Shown: positions 56,175-64,000 of the stretch, in pieces
Position numbering within the stretch: the first letter of the stretch is position 1
Layout: the number at the start of each line of letters is the position of its first letter
Assembly (NCBI GenBank): GCA_037190965.1
Contig: JBBCKI010000028.1
Location: 64,001-128,000 of the forward strand
DNA length: 64,000 nucleotides
Origin: Chthoniobacteraceae bacterium
Lineage (GTDB): Bacteria; Verrucomicrobiota; Verrucomicrobiia; Chthoniobacterales; Chthoniobacteraceae
Reading direction: 5' to 3'
Notes under the pieces: generated by a model
What the model was told of the DNA's origin: nothing
Databases searched by the model: none
What the model saw: the letters and a program-made list of their open reading frames with translations, nothing else
Program-made: the position numbers and the translations under genes

Positions 56175-57327
56175 TTTTCGGGGGCCGGATGGTCCCTGAA
56201 AGAACGAGACGCTCGCTGGCGGGTTTGCCGATGATCTGACGCCAGAGATTGGAAGTCAGGTGTTGGACGATCGCGGAGATTGACCTTTCATACTTCGCGA
56301 CCGGCATCCCATAAAAATACTCGATGCCTTCGTTCGCTCCGGTCAGCAGATGGACGTAATCGGGCCGGTCAAGGCCCCGCCGGATCAGGGCCAGGGCGAT
56401 GCCCCGCGCCGCAATATCGTCGGAGACGATGATGCCGGTCCTGGGTGTTCCCTGGAAGTCCCGGAAGTAATGCAAAGTTTCGTCATGGGCCAACTCCTCG
56501 AGCCGGTTTCCGCCGACGGTCTCATCGAACCGAAGTTGGCGAATTTCAGGCACTGGCAAGCCGCAGGCAGCGCAGGCATCGAACATGCCATTGCAGTCCC
56601 GGTAGGAATTGGGCGTTTCCGGAAAGGTGCGGAAATAGACCATCCTTTGCATTCCCTGTTCCGCGAGATAGCGCACCGCCGAAACCGTGAGATCGTGGTG
56701 GTCGTACATCACCGACGAATTGTCGTAGAGGGAGTGGTTGGAGTACGGTTTCGGCAGGACGCTTTCGAGAAATTCGAACTTTCGGATATCCACCCCGATT
56801 TCGATGCGACCGGCGAAATCCTGTCTTTTGAGATCCTCCAGCAGATTGTGAACACCTGAATGACGCGGGTTGCCTGCGGATTGTATGTCATCGTAGACCC
56901 GCACTGCCCAGCCCTTGGCAGGGGGGAGCTTTGCATCGGAAGGGGCAGGCGGTGGCCACTGGCCGCTTTTACCGATCAAGTTTTCCACCCCCGAAGCGAG
57001 AGCCCGGAAGTAAGCGGAGGAGGGACTTGAAAGACTGGGCCCGACCAACACGCCCACGATCCGTGTGACATCGGGAACATTGATGAAGGTTCCCTTTTGC
57101 GGCTTTCGATGCGCGAGCCCTTTCGCGACCAACTGCCGCATCGCCTTTTGCACGGTGACATAGCTGCACCCCCACTCTTTCGCCAGCCTCAGCCCGCTGG
57201 GGAGCCGGAAATTCTGCGGAAGTTTCCCGAGCAGGACCATCTGTTCAAAATGGGCAACGATCTGATCGCTCAGTGATACCCTCGAGTCCGCGTCGAGAAC
57301 AAAATCAAGTGGTGGCTTCATATTCAT
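56167..57327 (-). CDS. GntR-HTH / LacI-type ligand-binding transcriptional regulator
   Basis: RLPSGLRLAKEWGCSYVTVQKAMRQLVAKGLAHRKPQKGTF; C-terminal GIIVSDDIAARG; start MNMKPP; 3' end overlaps the AraC gene by 8 nt. Confidence 0.9.
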   Translation of the reverse strand: MNMKPPLDFVLDADSRVSLSDQIVAHFEQMVLLGKLPQNFRLPSGLRLAKEWGCSYVTVQKAMRQLVAKGLAHRKPQKGTFINVPDVTRIVGVLVGPSLSSPSSAYFRALASGVENLIGKSGQWPPPAPSDAKLPPAKGWAVRVYDDIQSAGNPRHSGVHNLLEDLKRQDFAGRIEIGVDIRKFEFLESVLPKPYSNHSLYDNSSVMYDHHDLTVSAVRYLAEQGMQRMVYFRTFPETPNSYRDCNGMFDACAACGLPVPEIRQLRFDETVGGNRLEELAHDETLHYFRDFQGTPRTGIIVSDDIAARGIALALIRRGLDRPDYVHLLTGANEGIEYFYGMPVAKYERSISAIVQHLTSNLWRQIIGKPASERLVLSGTIRPPKIK

Positions 57328-57460
57328 CGAAATGAATGGGATACTATTGCATACCAAATTTGGAACGACATCACAAAGTGCTTCCCCGGGCTATCTTTTC
57401 TCCCGAATTGGAAAGCGTACCGCGGATGCTCAGCTTTCCGGAGGGAGGCGCAGAATTCTC

Positions 57461-57545
57461 TTGCGAAAAGGGGATGATTTGTTCAATATAATCCCCAAGT
57501 TTATAAGAGGTTTGTATATTAATTAAGATTAATAATTAAAACTAT
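57461..57545 (+). promoter_or_regulatory. AT-rich promoter region for the Verru_Chthon cassette
   Basis: TTGCGA(57461)-N17-CAATAT, with overlapping TATAAT at 57487-57492, followed by a very AT-rich tract. Confidence 0.45.
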
Positions 57546-57596
57546 CATGCGTGCAGAGCCCCCCAGCCGCTGCCGATTGTGAACCGCTCCCTGAAA

Positions 57597-58280
57597 ATGG
57601 ATCTCATTCGGCACATCCCCCGGCGTTCTCTTCGATCGTCCAAATCGTCAAGCCATCCAGGCCCGGCAACCGGTTTTACTCTGGTCGAGTTGCTTACCGT
57701 CGTAGCGGTCATCTCGATGGTCATGCTTCTGCTTGGAACCTCGCTGGGCAATTCCGGGAAAGCGGCCCTCCTTGAAACGTCCGGATCGCGCCTGGCTGGT
57801 ATCCTCTCTTTGGCGAGGCAACAGGCGATCTCGCGGAACGCGATCAGCGCCGTGGTTCTCTCTACGGATTCTTCCGCCAAGGGCGGACTGCGAGCGTTGA
57901 CGGTTTATGAGATCGTCCCGCGTGCGAATGGGGCGGAGCCTTCTTCGGCTGATTGGAAGCAGGTCCACCCATGGGAGGTCCTTCCCGACGGAGTGCTGAT
58001 CGATGGCTCGACGTTCGAAAGCGCGTCGAACGCACCTTATCCGCCGCTGCCCGAGATTCATTTTCGAGGGCAGAAGGTTGACCTGTACCGGTACCTCCTT
58101 TTTTCCCCCGATGGGAGCCTCCTGCAGGGGGAGCCCGCTCGGATCCGTGTCGCCGAGGGCCTCCTGCCTGATGGCGCGGTAAACCCGGTTTACACGCGTC
58201 CCGGCGACGGCGGGCAACCGGCGAATGTCTATGAGATCTCGGTTCTCATCACCGGACTGACAAAGATCGACCGCCCATAG
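57597..58280 (+). CDS. Verru_Chthon cassette protein D-like (GspH/FimT-like minor pseudopilin)
   Basis: G|FTLVELLTVVAVI; LARQQAISRN; LFSPDGS; ITGLTKIDRP. Confidence 0.8.
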   Translation: MDLIRHIPRRSLRSSKSSSHPGPATGFTLVELLTVVAVISMVMLLLGTSLGNSGKAALLETSGSRLAGILSLARQQAISRNAISAVVLSTDSSAKGGLRALTVYEIVPRANGAEPSSADWKQVHPWEVLPDGVLIDGSTFESASNAPYPPLPEIHFRGQKVDLYRYLLFSPDGSLLQGEPARIRVAEGLLPDGAVNPVYTRPGDGGQPANVYEISVLITGLTKIDRP

Positions 58281-58730
58281 ATGTGGATTATGCAGACCGC
58301 CCGGACCGTCAGAGAACGCGCATTTTCATTGGTTGAGGTGGCGATGGCTCTTGGCATCGTCGCCTTTTCCCTGGTGGCAGTGTTTTCGTTGCTTTCAGTA
58401 TCGTTCACTGCCGATCGGGCCGCGAAGGACGACACCGTTCTGGCGGAAATCGCCGGCAGCACGATCAACGGTCTCCGGAGCCAGCCGTTCGCGAGCGCAT
58501 ACCTATATGCCAGCGCCGGGCCCACGCTCTATTTCGATGCCGAGGGGAAGGGGGGCATGACTCCGGCGGAGGCGGTGTATCAATGCACGGTGAGCGTCGT
58601 CTCCGATCCTGCCAGGGAGGGAACCTCCGGGCCCAATCTGTTGAGAGTCCGGTTGGACTTTCGCTGGCCGGTTGGCTCCGCCGCCGGCAGCCAACGAATT
58701 GTCCAAGCATGCCTTGCCCGTTATGAATGA
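58281..58730 (+). CDS. Verru_Chthon cassette protein B-like (GspI/PilV-like)
   Basis: A|FSLVEVAMALGIVAFSLVAVFSLL; YFDAEG; start could be 58290. Confidence 0.85.
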   Translation: MWIMQTARTVRERAFSLVEVAMALGIVAFSLVAVFSLLSVSFTADRAAKDDTVLAEIAGSTINGLRSQPFASAYLYASAGPTLYFDAEGKGGMTPAEAVYQCTVSVVSDPAREGTSGPNLLRVRLDFRWPVGSAAGSQRIVQACLARYE

Positions 58731-59667
58731 CCCGGGCATTCCAACCGGCCGTTCTGGCTGTCCTGGGCAAGCGGGGCGCGCGGGATTCTCGCTGGTTGAG
58801 ATTCTGGTCGCGACCACGATTCTCGCCTTTCTCGTAGTTTTTTTGGGGATGGTGTTGAGGCAAATGGGGGTGGCCTGGATGTCGGGAGAGGCCCGGACAC
58901 GAAATCGCGAAAACGGACGCACCATCGCCGAATTCATTGGCCGCGAACTGAAGGGAGCATTGCCTCCCATCGACTCCGGCAGCAAAGGTTTGCAATTGGT
59001 CCTCAACCCGAGCGCAATCCCGACGACCTGCAAAAATCGCGATGCCCTCTTCTGGCAGGCTCCACTTGCCACCAATCGTTCCTACGGTGACATCGCGGCA
59101 ATCGGGTATTTCGTCCGGTGGGATACTTCGACGCCGAATCGTCCCAAGGCGTTGCTTTGCCGTTTCTTTGTCAATCCGGCAGTCCCGGACCCCGACCACG
59201 AGGGGCAAAGCCTTCCCAACCCTCGGTTCCGCATTTACGACCAGCCCGAGACCTGGCTGAGTGGCGCCATCCTGGACGATGTGGCTCCCGGCGACAAAGC
59301 GAACGATTACAGGGGGCTTTTCGCCGAGAACGTGCTCGGGTTATGGGTGACGTGCCTGGATCGTAACGGCGCGGTGATTTCAGGAGCTTCGAGCGGCGGC
59401 AGTTTTGATTCCCGCACGGGCTACAAGGGCTCTGGGAATATCCAATACTACCTTCCCGCGATGGTGGAAATCAGCTTCGTGATCGTTGATTCCCGCGCGG
59501 CCGGACGCATCGATTCGGCATTGCAGGCGGTCATCGCCGGTCAGGTTCGGCAGGCCTCAAGCGCGGCGGAGTTTGTCTCGCTGGCCTCCGGCAACGGACA
59601 GATGATTCCCATCCGGACCGGTTTGAGGGCCTACTCGAAAAAAATCAACCTCCTCAACTCCCGATGA
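58723..59667 (+). CDS. Verru_Chthon cassette protein C-like (GspJ/PilW-like)
   Basis: G|FSLVEILVATTIL; IGYFVRW; FAENVLG; LPAMVEISFVIVD; KINLLNSR. Confidence 0.85.
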   Translation: MNDPGIPTGRSGCPGQAGRAGFSLVEILVATTILAFLVVFLGMVLRQMGVAWMSGEARTRNRENGRTIAEFIGRELKGALPPIDSGSKGLQLVLNPSAIPTTCKNRDALFWQAPLATNRSYGDIAAIGYFVRWDTSTPNRPKALLCRFFVNPAVPDPDHEGQSLPNPRFRIYDQPETWLSGAILDDVAPGDKANDYRGLFAENVLGLWVTCLDRNGAVISGASSGGSFDSRTGYKGSGNIQYYLPAMVEISFVIVDSRAAGRIDSALQAVIAGQVRQASSAAEFVSLASGNGQMIPIRTGLRAYSKKINLLNSR

Positions 59668-62471
59668 CGATGAGTCTTTCCCGCCGAGCCGCCGCCACCC
59701 ATCCGTCCAATGCCACGGGCGCTGCGCTTGTCATCACGCTGTCAGTGCTGGTGCTGGTCACGGTCTTGCTCGTCGGGCTTAGCGCGACCTTGCGGCTTGA
59801 GAGAGGGGCTGCGGCTTCCCATTTTGAGCGTAGCCGCGCCGAACTTTTCGCGCAGTACGGAGTGGAAGAGGTTGTTGCCACCTTGCAAACCCAGACCGCC
59901 GATCCTAGTCGCTACTGGATCAGCCAGCCAGGCCAGATCGTGGCGGGCAGTCCGGGCGTGGCCTGGCCGCTGCATTCGGGAACGGCCACGCAGGCTGACG
60001 CTCCCGACCTCAACGTGCGCACGCTCGCGGAAACGGGTCATCTTGTGAGCGAAACGGTGGACGCGAATACCGGAAAGGCAGTCCGGATGCCGCTGAATTG
60101 GGTCTACGTTTTCAAGGAAGAGAACGTGCCGCCCGGCCCGTTGCCGGGAGCCGGAACTCCGGTCGGCCGCTATGCCTATTGGACGGACGACGAGAGCGCC
60201 AAGGTGAATTTCAACCTCGCCTGGACTCGTTCCGCGGCGAATCCGAACCCTTACAGCCACCCCAGCCAGGTCAGTCTCGCCGCGATTTTTTCCGACGTTA
60301 TTTCATCCTCCGCCCGGGCGGAAGAACTGGCGCGGGCGGTTCACTTTTTCCGGGCGACTCCACCGCCGCCGGATCCCTTCGCCAACCCCGGCGATTACAA
60401 TGCGATCAAGCGCACCTTCTTCAACACCCGGGAGGATGCCGCCAGGGTAGGCGCGGCCGACGACACCATGGCCACGGACCTCCGCGCGGCTTTCAAGGCC
60501 GCCAAGTTCGAGGTTAGCCATTACAATAGCGATCCTGACACGACGTTCTTCAACGAGCCGCGAATCGTCCTGACCACCGATTCCGCCAAGGCCAACGGCA
60601 GGCCTTATCTGAATATTCTCAAGACCGGCAATCCCGATCCTGGGGCGCTTTCTTCATTGGATACGAACAAACTCAACACCTCCCTGCAACTGCTGATCCA
60701 GTATCTCGAGCGATCCGATTGGCCCATGGCCGCTGGGTCCAGCTTCCAGAAAAAGTATTACGGCGATTCGAAGCAGCGGTTGACCCAGTTGGCCATCAAC
60801 ATCATCGATTACGTCAGGTCGGCGGAATCCGCGAGAAATATCGTCGAGCCGATTCGCGGTTATTACGTCAACGGGAAGTTCACGATCGGCATCGGATCTG
60901 CGGCGGATGATACCTACATGGGAGCTACCCGGGCCCCGATGATTACCGAGATGGCGTACTGGATGTCCAATCAGTCGGAATCGCGCAATACGGAGCAGGG
61001 CGTGAAGACGCTCTATCCATGCAAATTTTACATCGAAATCTATCTGCCGGAAAATTATGGACTCGCGGAAATTCCGCTCGTGGGAGACGTAGAGCCCTCT
61101 GTATCAGGGGTTCAACGATGGGGTATTTATAATTATGAGCCACGGAGCGGTCACATATATTACGATGGGAAAGGTCGTCTGCTTAAGTCGAATAGCGAAA
61201 CCCCGAACCGGGGGGGAATTCTTCTGGGCTCGGGCCAAGGGGACGGGCAGCCCTATGTGCTTGGCGGGAAGACGACGCTCAAGGCGGGCGAATATGCCAC
61301 GATCGTCCATGACCTCTACCGTGAGAAGTCGCAAACCGAGCGTCCCCGGATTTACATGAAGTCGCAGTTGCGTCTTGGAACGGAAACCCAGGATGGCTTT
61401 CAGGACCCGAATGCGATCCGGATCAGCAGCGCGCCGAGCATGGATCCCCCGCAGGGCACTCCCCCGGCGGGCGGTGATCCTACGGCGATCGTCTACAACA
61501 TCGACGCGCCTCCTATTGCGGAAACGGCGATCACGTCGGTGCAGTGCAACGATCCCCGGGTCAATATCGTTGTCCGGGATTGGACCCAATATGGTCAGAT
61601 GTCCAACACCCTTGCCGGTATCCATTCGACCGGCGTCAACACAAGCAACTCGGTTGGAAACACGCCGAATACGTCCATTTATCCTCCGCAAGATGCGGAC
61701 CGGGATGGCAAGATCAGCCAGGCAAGTCTCCGGATGCCTGCTCCGAAAGGGAGCTCGGAAAATCCGCAGGGCCAGGTTCGCAGTTCGGGGGAACTGGGGT
61801 TCATCCATACCGGCATCGAGCATCAGAATACGGGCGCTGGCGTGCCGTGGCGGACGCTCCGTTTGCAACCCACCGCGAATTCGGTTGCGGGGGAAGTGCC
61901 CGATTGGGCTTTCATGGATCTCTTTACGGCTCCGCTGGCGGTGCCTTCAGGTGGATCAAATCTTTATACTCCGTTTGGAACAAGTTGCGGAGGTCGCGTC
62001 AATCTCAACATCAAGGCTGTGCCGCTCGATGGACTCGAGCGGGTGCGCCCGCTCATCGCCATTTTGCAGGGAAGCCGGAAGGATTCCAACGATCCGGCGA
62101 GCATCGTTGATGCGGAGGAAGCTGTCCAGATCGCGCACAACATTCACAACAGGCAACTGGCCGTGCATGGCGTGCGGTATGGTTTTGCCGATGGTTACGA
62201 CTCTCCGGGAGAAGTGGTGGAAATCGCGGGTGTGGCTGACGGCGGCGAAGAAAGTGAAGAGCTTGTGCGGCAGATGGCCAACCTTATTACGACGCGGAGC
62301 AATGTCTTCACGGTCTATACGATCGGGCAATCGCTCCAGCCGACGACGAACGGCAAGTTGATCGTCACGGGGGAGCAGCGCCAGCAGGTCATGATCGAGC
62401 GCTACCGCCCTAGTTCCACATCGGGAGAGATCCGCTTTAGGAATCTCTATTTCCGGAACCTCAATCCTTAG
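59664..62471 (+). CDS. Verru_Chthon cassette protein A-like (long GspK/PilX-like protein)
   Basis: G|AALVITLSVLVL lacking Glu5; GRYAYWTDDESAKVNFN; PWRTL, PDWAFMDLF, GRVNLN, TTRSNVFTVYTIGQ. Confidence 0.88.
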   Translation: MTMSLSRRAAATHPSNATGAALVITLSVLVLVTVLLVGLSATLRLERGAAASHFERSRAELFAQYGVEEVVATLQTQTADPSRYWISQPGQIVAGSPGVAWPLHSGTATQADAPDLNVRTLAETGHLVSETVDANTGKAVRMPLNWVYVFKEENVPPGPLPGAGTPVGRYAYWTDDESAKVNFNLAWTRSAANPNPYSHPSQVSLAAIFSDVISSSARAEELARAVHFFRATPPPPDPFANPGDYNAIKRTFFNTREDAARVGAADDTMATDLRAAFKAAKFEVSHYNSDPDTTFFNEPRIVLTTDSAKANGRPYLNILKTGNPDPGALSSLDTNKLNTSLQLLIQYLERSDWPMAAGSSFQKKYYGDSKQRLTQLAINIIDYVRSAESARNIVEPIRGYYVNGKFTIGIGSAADDTYMGATRAPMITEMAYWMSNQSESRNTEQGVKTLYPCKFYIEIYLPENYGLAEIPLVGDVEPSVSGVQRWGIYNYEPRSGHIYYDGKGRLLKSNSETPNRGGILLGSGQGDGQPYVLGGKTTLKAGEYATIVHDLYREKSQTERPRIYMKSQLRLGTETQDGFQDPNAIRISSAPSMDPPQGTPPAGGDPTAIVYNIDAPPIAETAITSVQCNDPRVNIVVRDWTQYGQMSNTLAGIHSTGVNTSNSVGNTPNTSIYPPQDADRDGKISQASLRMPAPKGSSENPQGQVRSSGELGFIHTGIEHQNTGAGVPWRTLRLQPTANSVAGEVPDWAFMDLFTAPLAVPSGGSNLYTPFGTSCGGRVNLNIKAVPLDGLERVRPLIAILQGSRKDSNDPASIVDAEEAVQIAHNIHNRQLAVHGVRYGFADGYDSPGEVVEIAGVADGGEESEELVRQMANLITTRSNVFTVYTIGQSLQPTTNGKLIVTGEQRQQVMIERYRPSSTSGEIRFRNLYFRNLNP

Positions 62472-62502
62472 TCCGAACTCCGGCATTTCTTCGCTGCAGC
62501 CA

Positions 62503-62672
62503 GTGAGGCAGCACCGGTAGCCCGCTCGCGCCGTCGAGCGCGGGTATCGACTCCGTGCTTCATGGGGGCCGCAGCCAAATCCAAGCACCCCGTCTGCCCG
62601 TCCTGCGGGGATGGGCGCCAGACGTGACTCTTCATCGATCCCGCGCTCGACGGCGCGAGCGGGCTATCTTGC
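62503..62672. repeat. REP-doublet (REPIN-like) element, copy 2
   Basis: Perfect 27-bp inverted repeat TAGCCCGCTCGCGCCGTCGAGCGCGGG at 62518-62544 / 62640-62666; left arm reads GTAG from 62517. Confidence 0.8.
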
Positions 62673-62729
62673 GCAAACGCGCGACTCAATTTTTCGCCAA
62701 CCCATCCGTTCCAACATCGGAGTTAGGGC

Positions 62730-64000
62730 CTAATCCTCATCGCTGTGCAACAAGGCAAGGGCGAAAAGTCCAAGGGCATAGCTTGGCGCTGTCCGATAAG
62801 AACCTCGCTGTAACTCTTCCCCCACTTTGTTGGCCTGGGAGCACCCCGGAAGCAATCCATCGGGGGTGAGAGCCGAACTGAGCGTCCGGACACTTCGGCT
62901 CCCGGCTCTACGCGCACTTTCATCCAGCCAGCCCGCCCGGCAGCCCATTAGAATGGCGGCGGCAATGCCTGCGCAACCGGCATGGTCGGGAAGCCCTCCT
63001 GCCTCGTCGATAAAACATGGCCAGAGGCCTTCGGCATTTTGCCATGAAAGCGTCCAGGCCGCCGCGCGTTGAAATTCTTCCAGGAGATGCGGGGCTTCTT
63101 CTGGGCCGATTTCTTCCAGCGATTTGATCAGCCCCAGAAGATACCAGGCGAGTCCGCGCGACCAGTTGCGGAAGGTGCGTCTCCCGTCATTATAGCTGCG
63201 AAGATAGAAATGACCGTTGTGGAATAGCCGCTCTTTGCGCAGCCATAGCTCTTCGGTCGCTTGTTGCACCAGGTGCTTTCGCGCCAGGGCCCGCCCTGCG
63301 ACGGCCATGGGGTAGGCCATCGTCAAACTTCCCTCTGCCGTCACGGAAGTCCGGGTTCCCTTCCAGAAGGCAATGGCAGCTTTCACCCAGTGATGATCCG
63401 GGGCGAGACTGGCCGCCGTGGCGGCGGGTAACGTCATTTCAACGCCGTCATAATAGTCCAAAATGGCCTTGCCACGAGGATTCTCATAGTCGAGCTGGCC
63501 CCTCTCGAATCCATAGGTTCTCAGGTGTAGTTCCAATGCGGAGCGGGCCGATACCGAACAAGGGAGCTTCGGGAGTTTGCTGCCCCGTTGATCGTCGGTC
63601 TTCATTTCCGGGGCCTGCAAGGCGGCGAGATGCCTGAGTGCTTCCAAAACACACCCCTCCTTCCAGCCGAAGGAGGCAAGACTATGCAGCGAGCAAAGCC
63701 GTTCCCAAAAAGAGTCCAGCGGCGAGGCCATCTGCCCCTCGGAATGCACGACGGCATGGGGCGAAAACCATGGGGTGGAGGAGCTTGCATCCTTTGCGAA
63801 AATCCAAAGCGGACGTTCCCCGTCAAGCTGGCGCAAAGTCACGGCGGAGAGCCGCCCGGGAAGAGGAATGACAAGTGTTTCGAACGGGTCGGCACAAGGG
63901 ATGATCAGGCGGTGTGGTTCATGGCCGTTGCCGAAGCTGATTTCGATTTCCTTGATGTCGCGATCTTCGAACGCGACGGTTAATCGGAGTGAGGCTCCGG
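62730..64000 (-). CDS. GH88/GH105-like unsaturated uronyl hydrolase, 5'-truncated by the window edge
   Basis: WSRGLAW, QNAEGLW, DHAGCAGIAA, YALGLF. The frame has no stop in the 52 codons upstream of 63842, so the start lies outside the window. Confidence 0.8.
   Translation of the reverse strand, partial: GASLRLTVAFEDRDIKEIEISFGNGHEPHRLIIPCADPFETLVIPLPGRLSAVTLRQLDGERPLWIFAKDASSSTPWFSPHAVVHSEGQMASPLDSFWERLCSLHSLASFGWKEGCVLEALRHLAALQAPEMKTDDQRGSKLPKLPCSVSARSALELHLRTYGFERGQLDYENPRGKAILDYYDGVEMTLPAATAASLAPDHHWVKAAIAFWKGTRTSVTAEGSLTMAYPMAVAGRALARKHLVQQATEELWLRKERLFHNGHFYLRSYNDGRRTFRNWSRGLAWYLLGLIKSLEEIGPEEAPHLLEEFQRAAAWTLSWQNAEGLWPCFIDEAGGLPDHAGCAGIAAAILMGCRAGWLDESARRAGSRSVRTLSSALTPDGLLPGCSQANKVGEELQRGSYRTAPSYALGLFALALLHSDED

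Noticed and set aside
62730..63842. GH88-like gene as a short 370-aa protein or pseudogene
   Set aside because: The reading frame stays open to the window end, so it is merely truncated by the window
1..64000. CRISPR array, tRNA/rRNA, transposase, integrase or phage genes
   Set aside because: No regularly spaced repeats, RNA-gene signatures or such ORFs were recognised by eye

Overview
This is GC-rich bacterial DNA. Three PEP-CTERM proteins, an H-X9-DG prepilin-like protein and a Verru_Chthon four-gene cassette point to Verrucomicrobiota, probably Chthoniobacterales-like (inference). The window has four blocks. (1) 0.2-26.3 kb: carbohydrate-utilisation loci with no SusC/SusD or TonB-dependent receptor. 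They encode PEP-CTERM surface proteins, a prepilin H-X9-DG protein, Gfo/Idh/MocA dehydrogenases, an epimerase, an esterase, a deacylase, putative glycosidases/lyase, an unusual ABC importer and a GntR-LacI regulator. (2) 26.3-51.9 kb, the most interesting block: a probable phosphate-starvation envelope system. It has a 'split' PhoB-like regulator pair, three Pho-box-like repeats, a PEP-CTERM protein, a PstS-like protein and a Sel1 protein. It also has an operon for a TpsB pore, DUF2341-LamG-ExbB, ExbD, a TonB-like protein, a porin, a coiled-coil protein, a parvulin and a 3908-aa FHA-like exoprotein carrying an inserted CBM5/12-like module. (3) 52-56 kb: a GH29 fucosidase and an AraC-controlled amidohydrolase-fold + Rieske pair, possibly a dinuclear oxygenase. 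(4) 56-64 kb: a GntR regulator, a divergent Verru_Chthon minor-pseudopilin cassette and a GH88/105-like gene cut by the window edge. Two copies of a GTAG REP-doublet (REPIN-like) element lie between convergent genes. No rRNA, tRNA, CRISPR array or transposase was seen. All family assignments come from motif recognition by eye; no database search was run.
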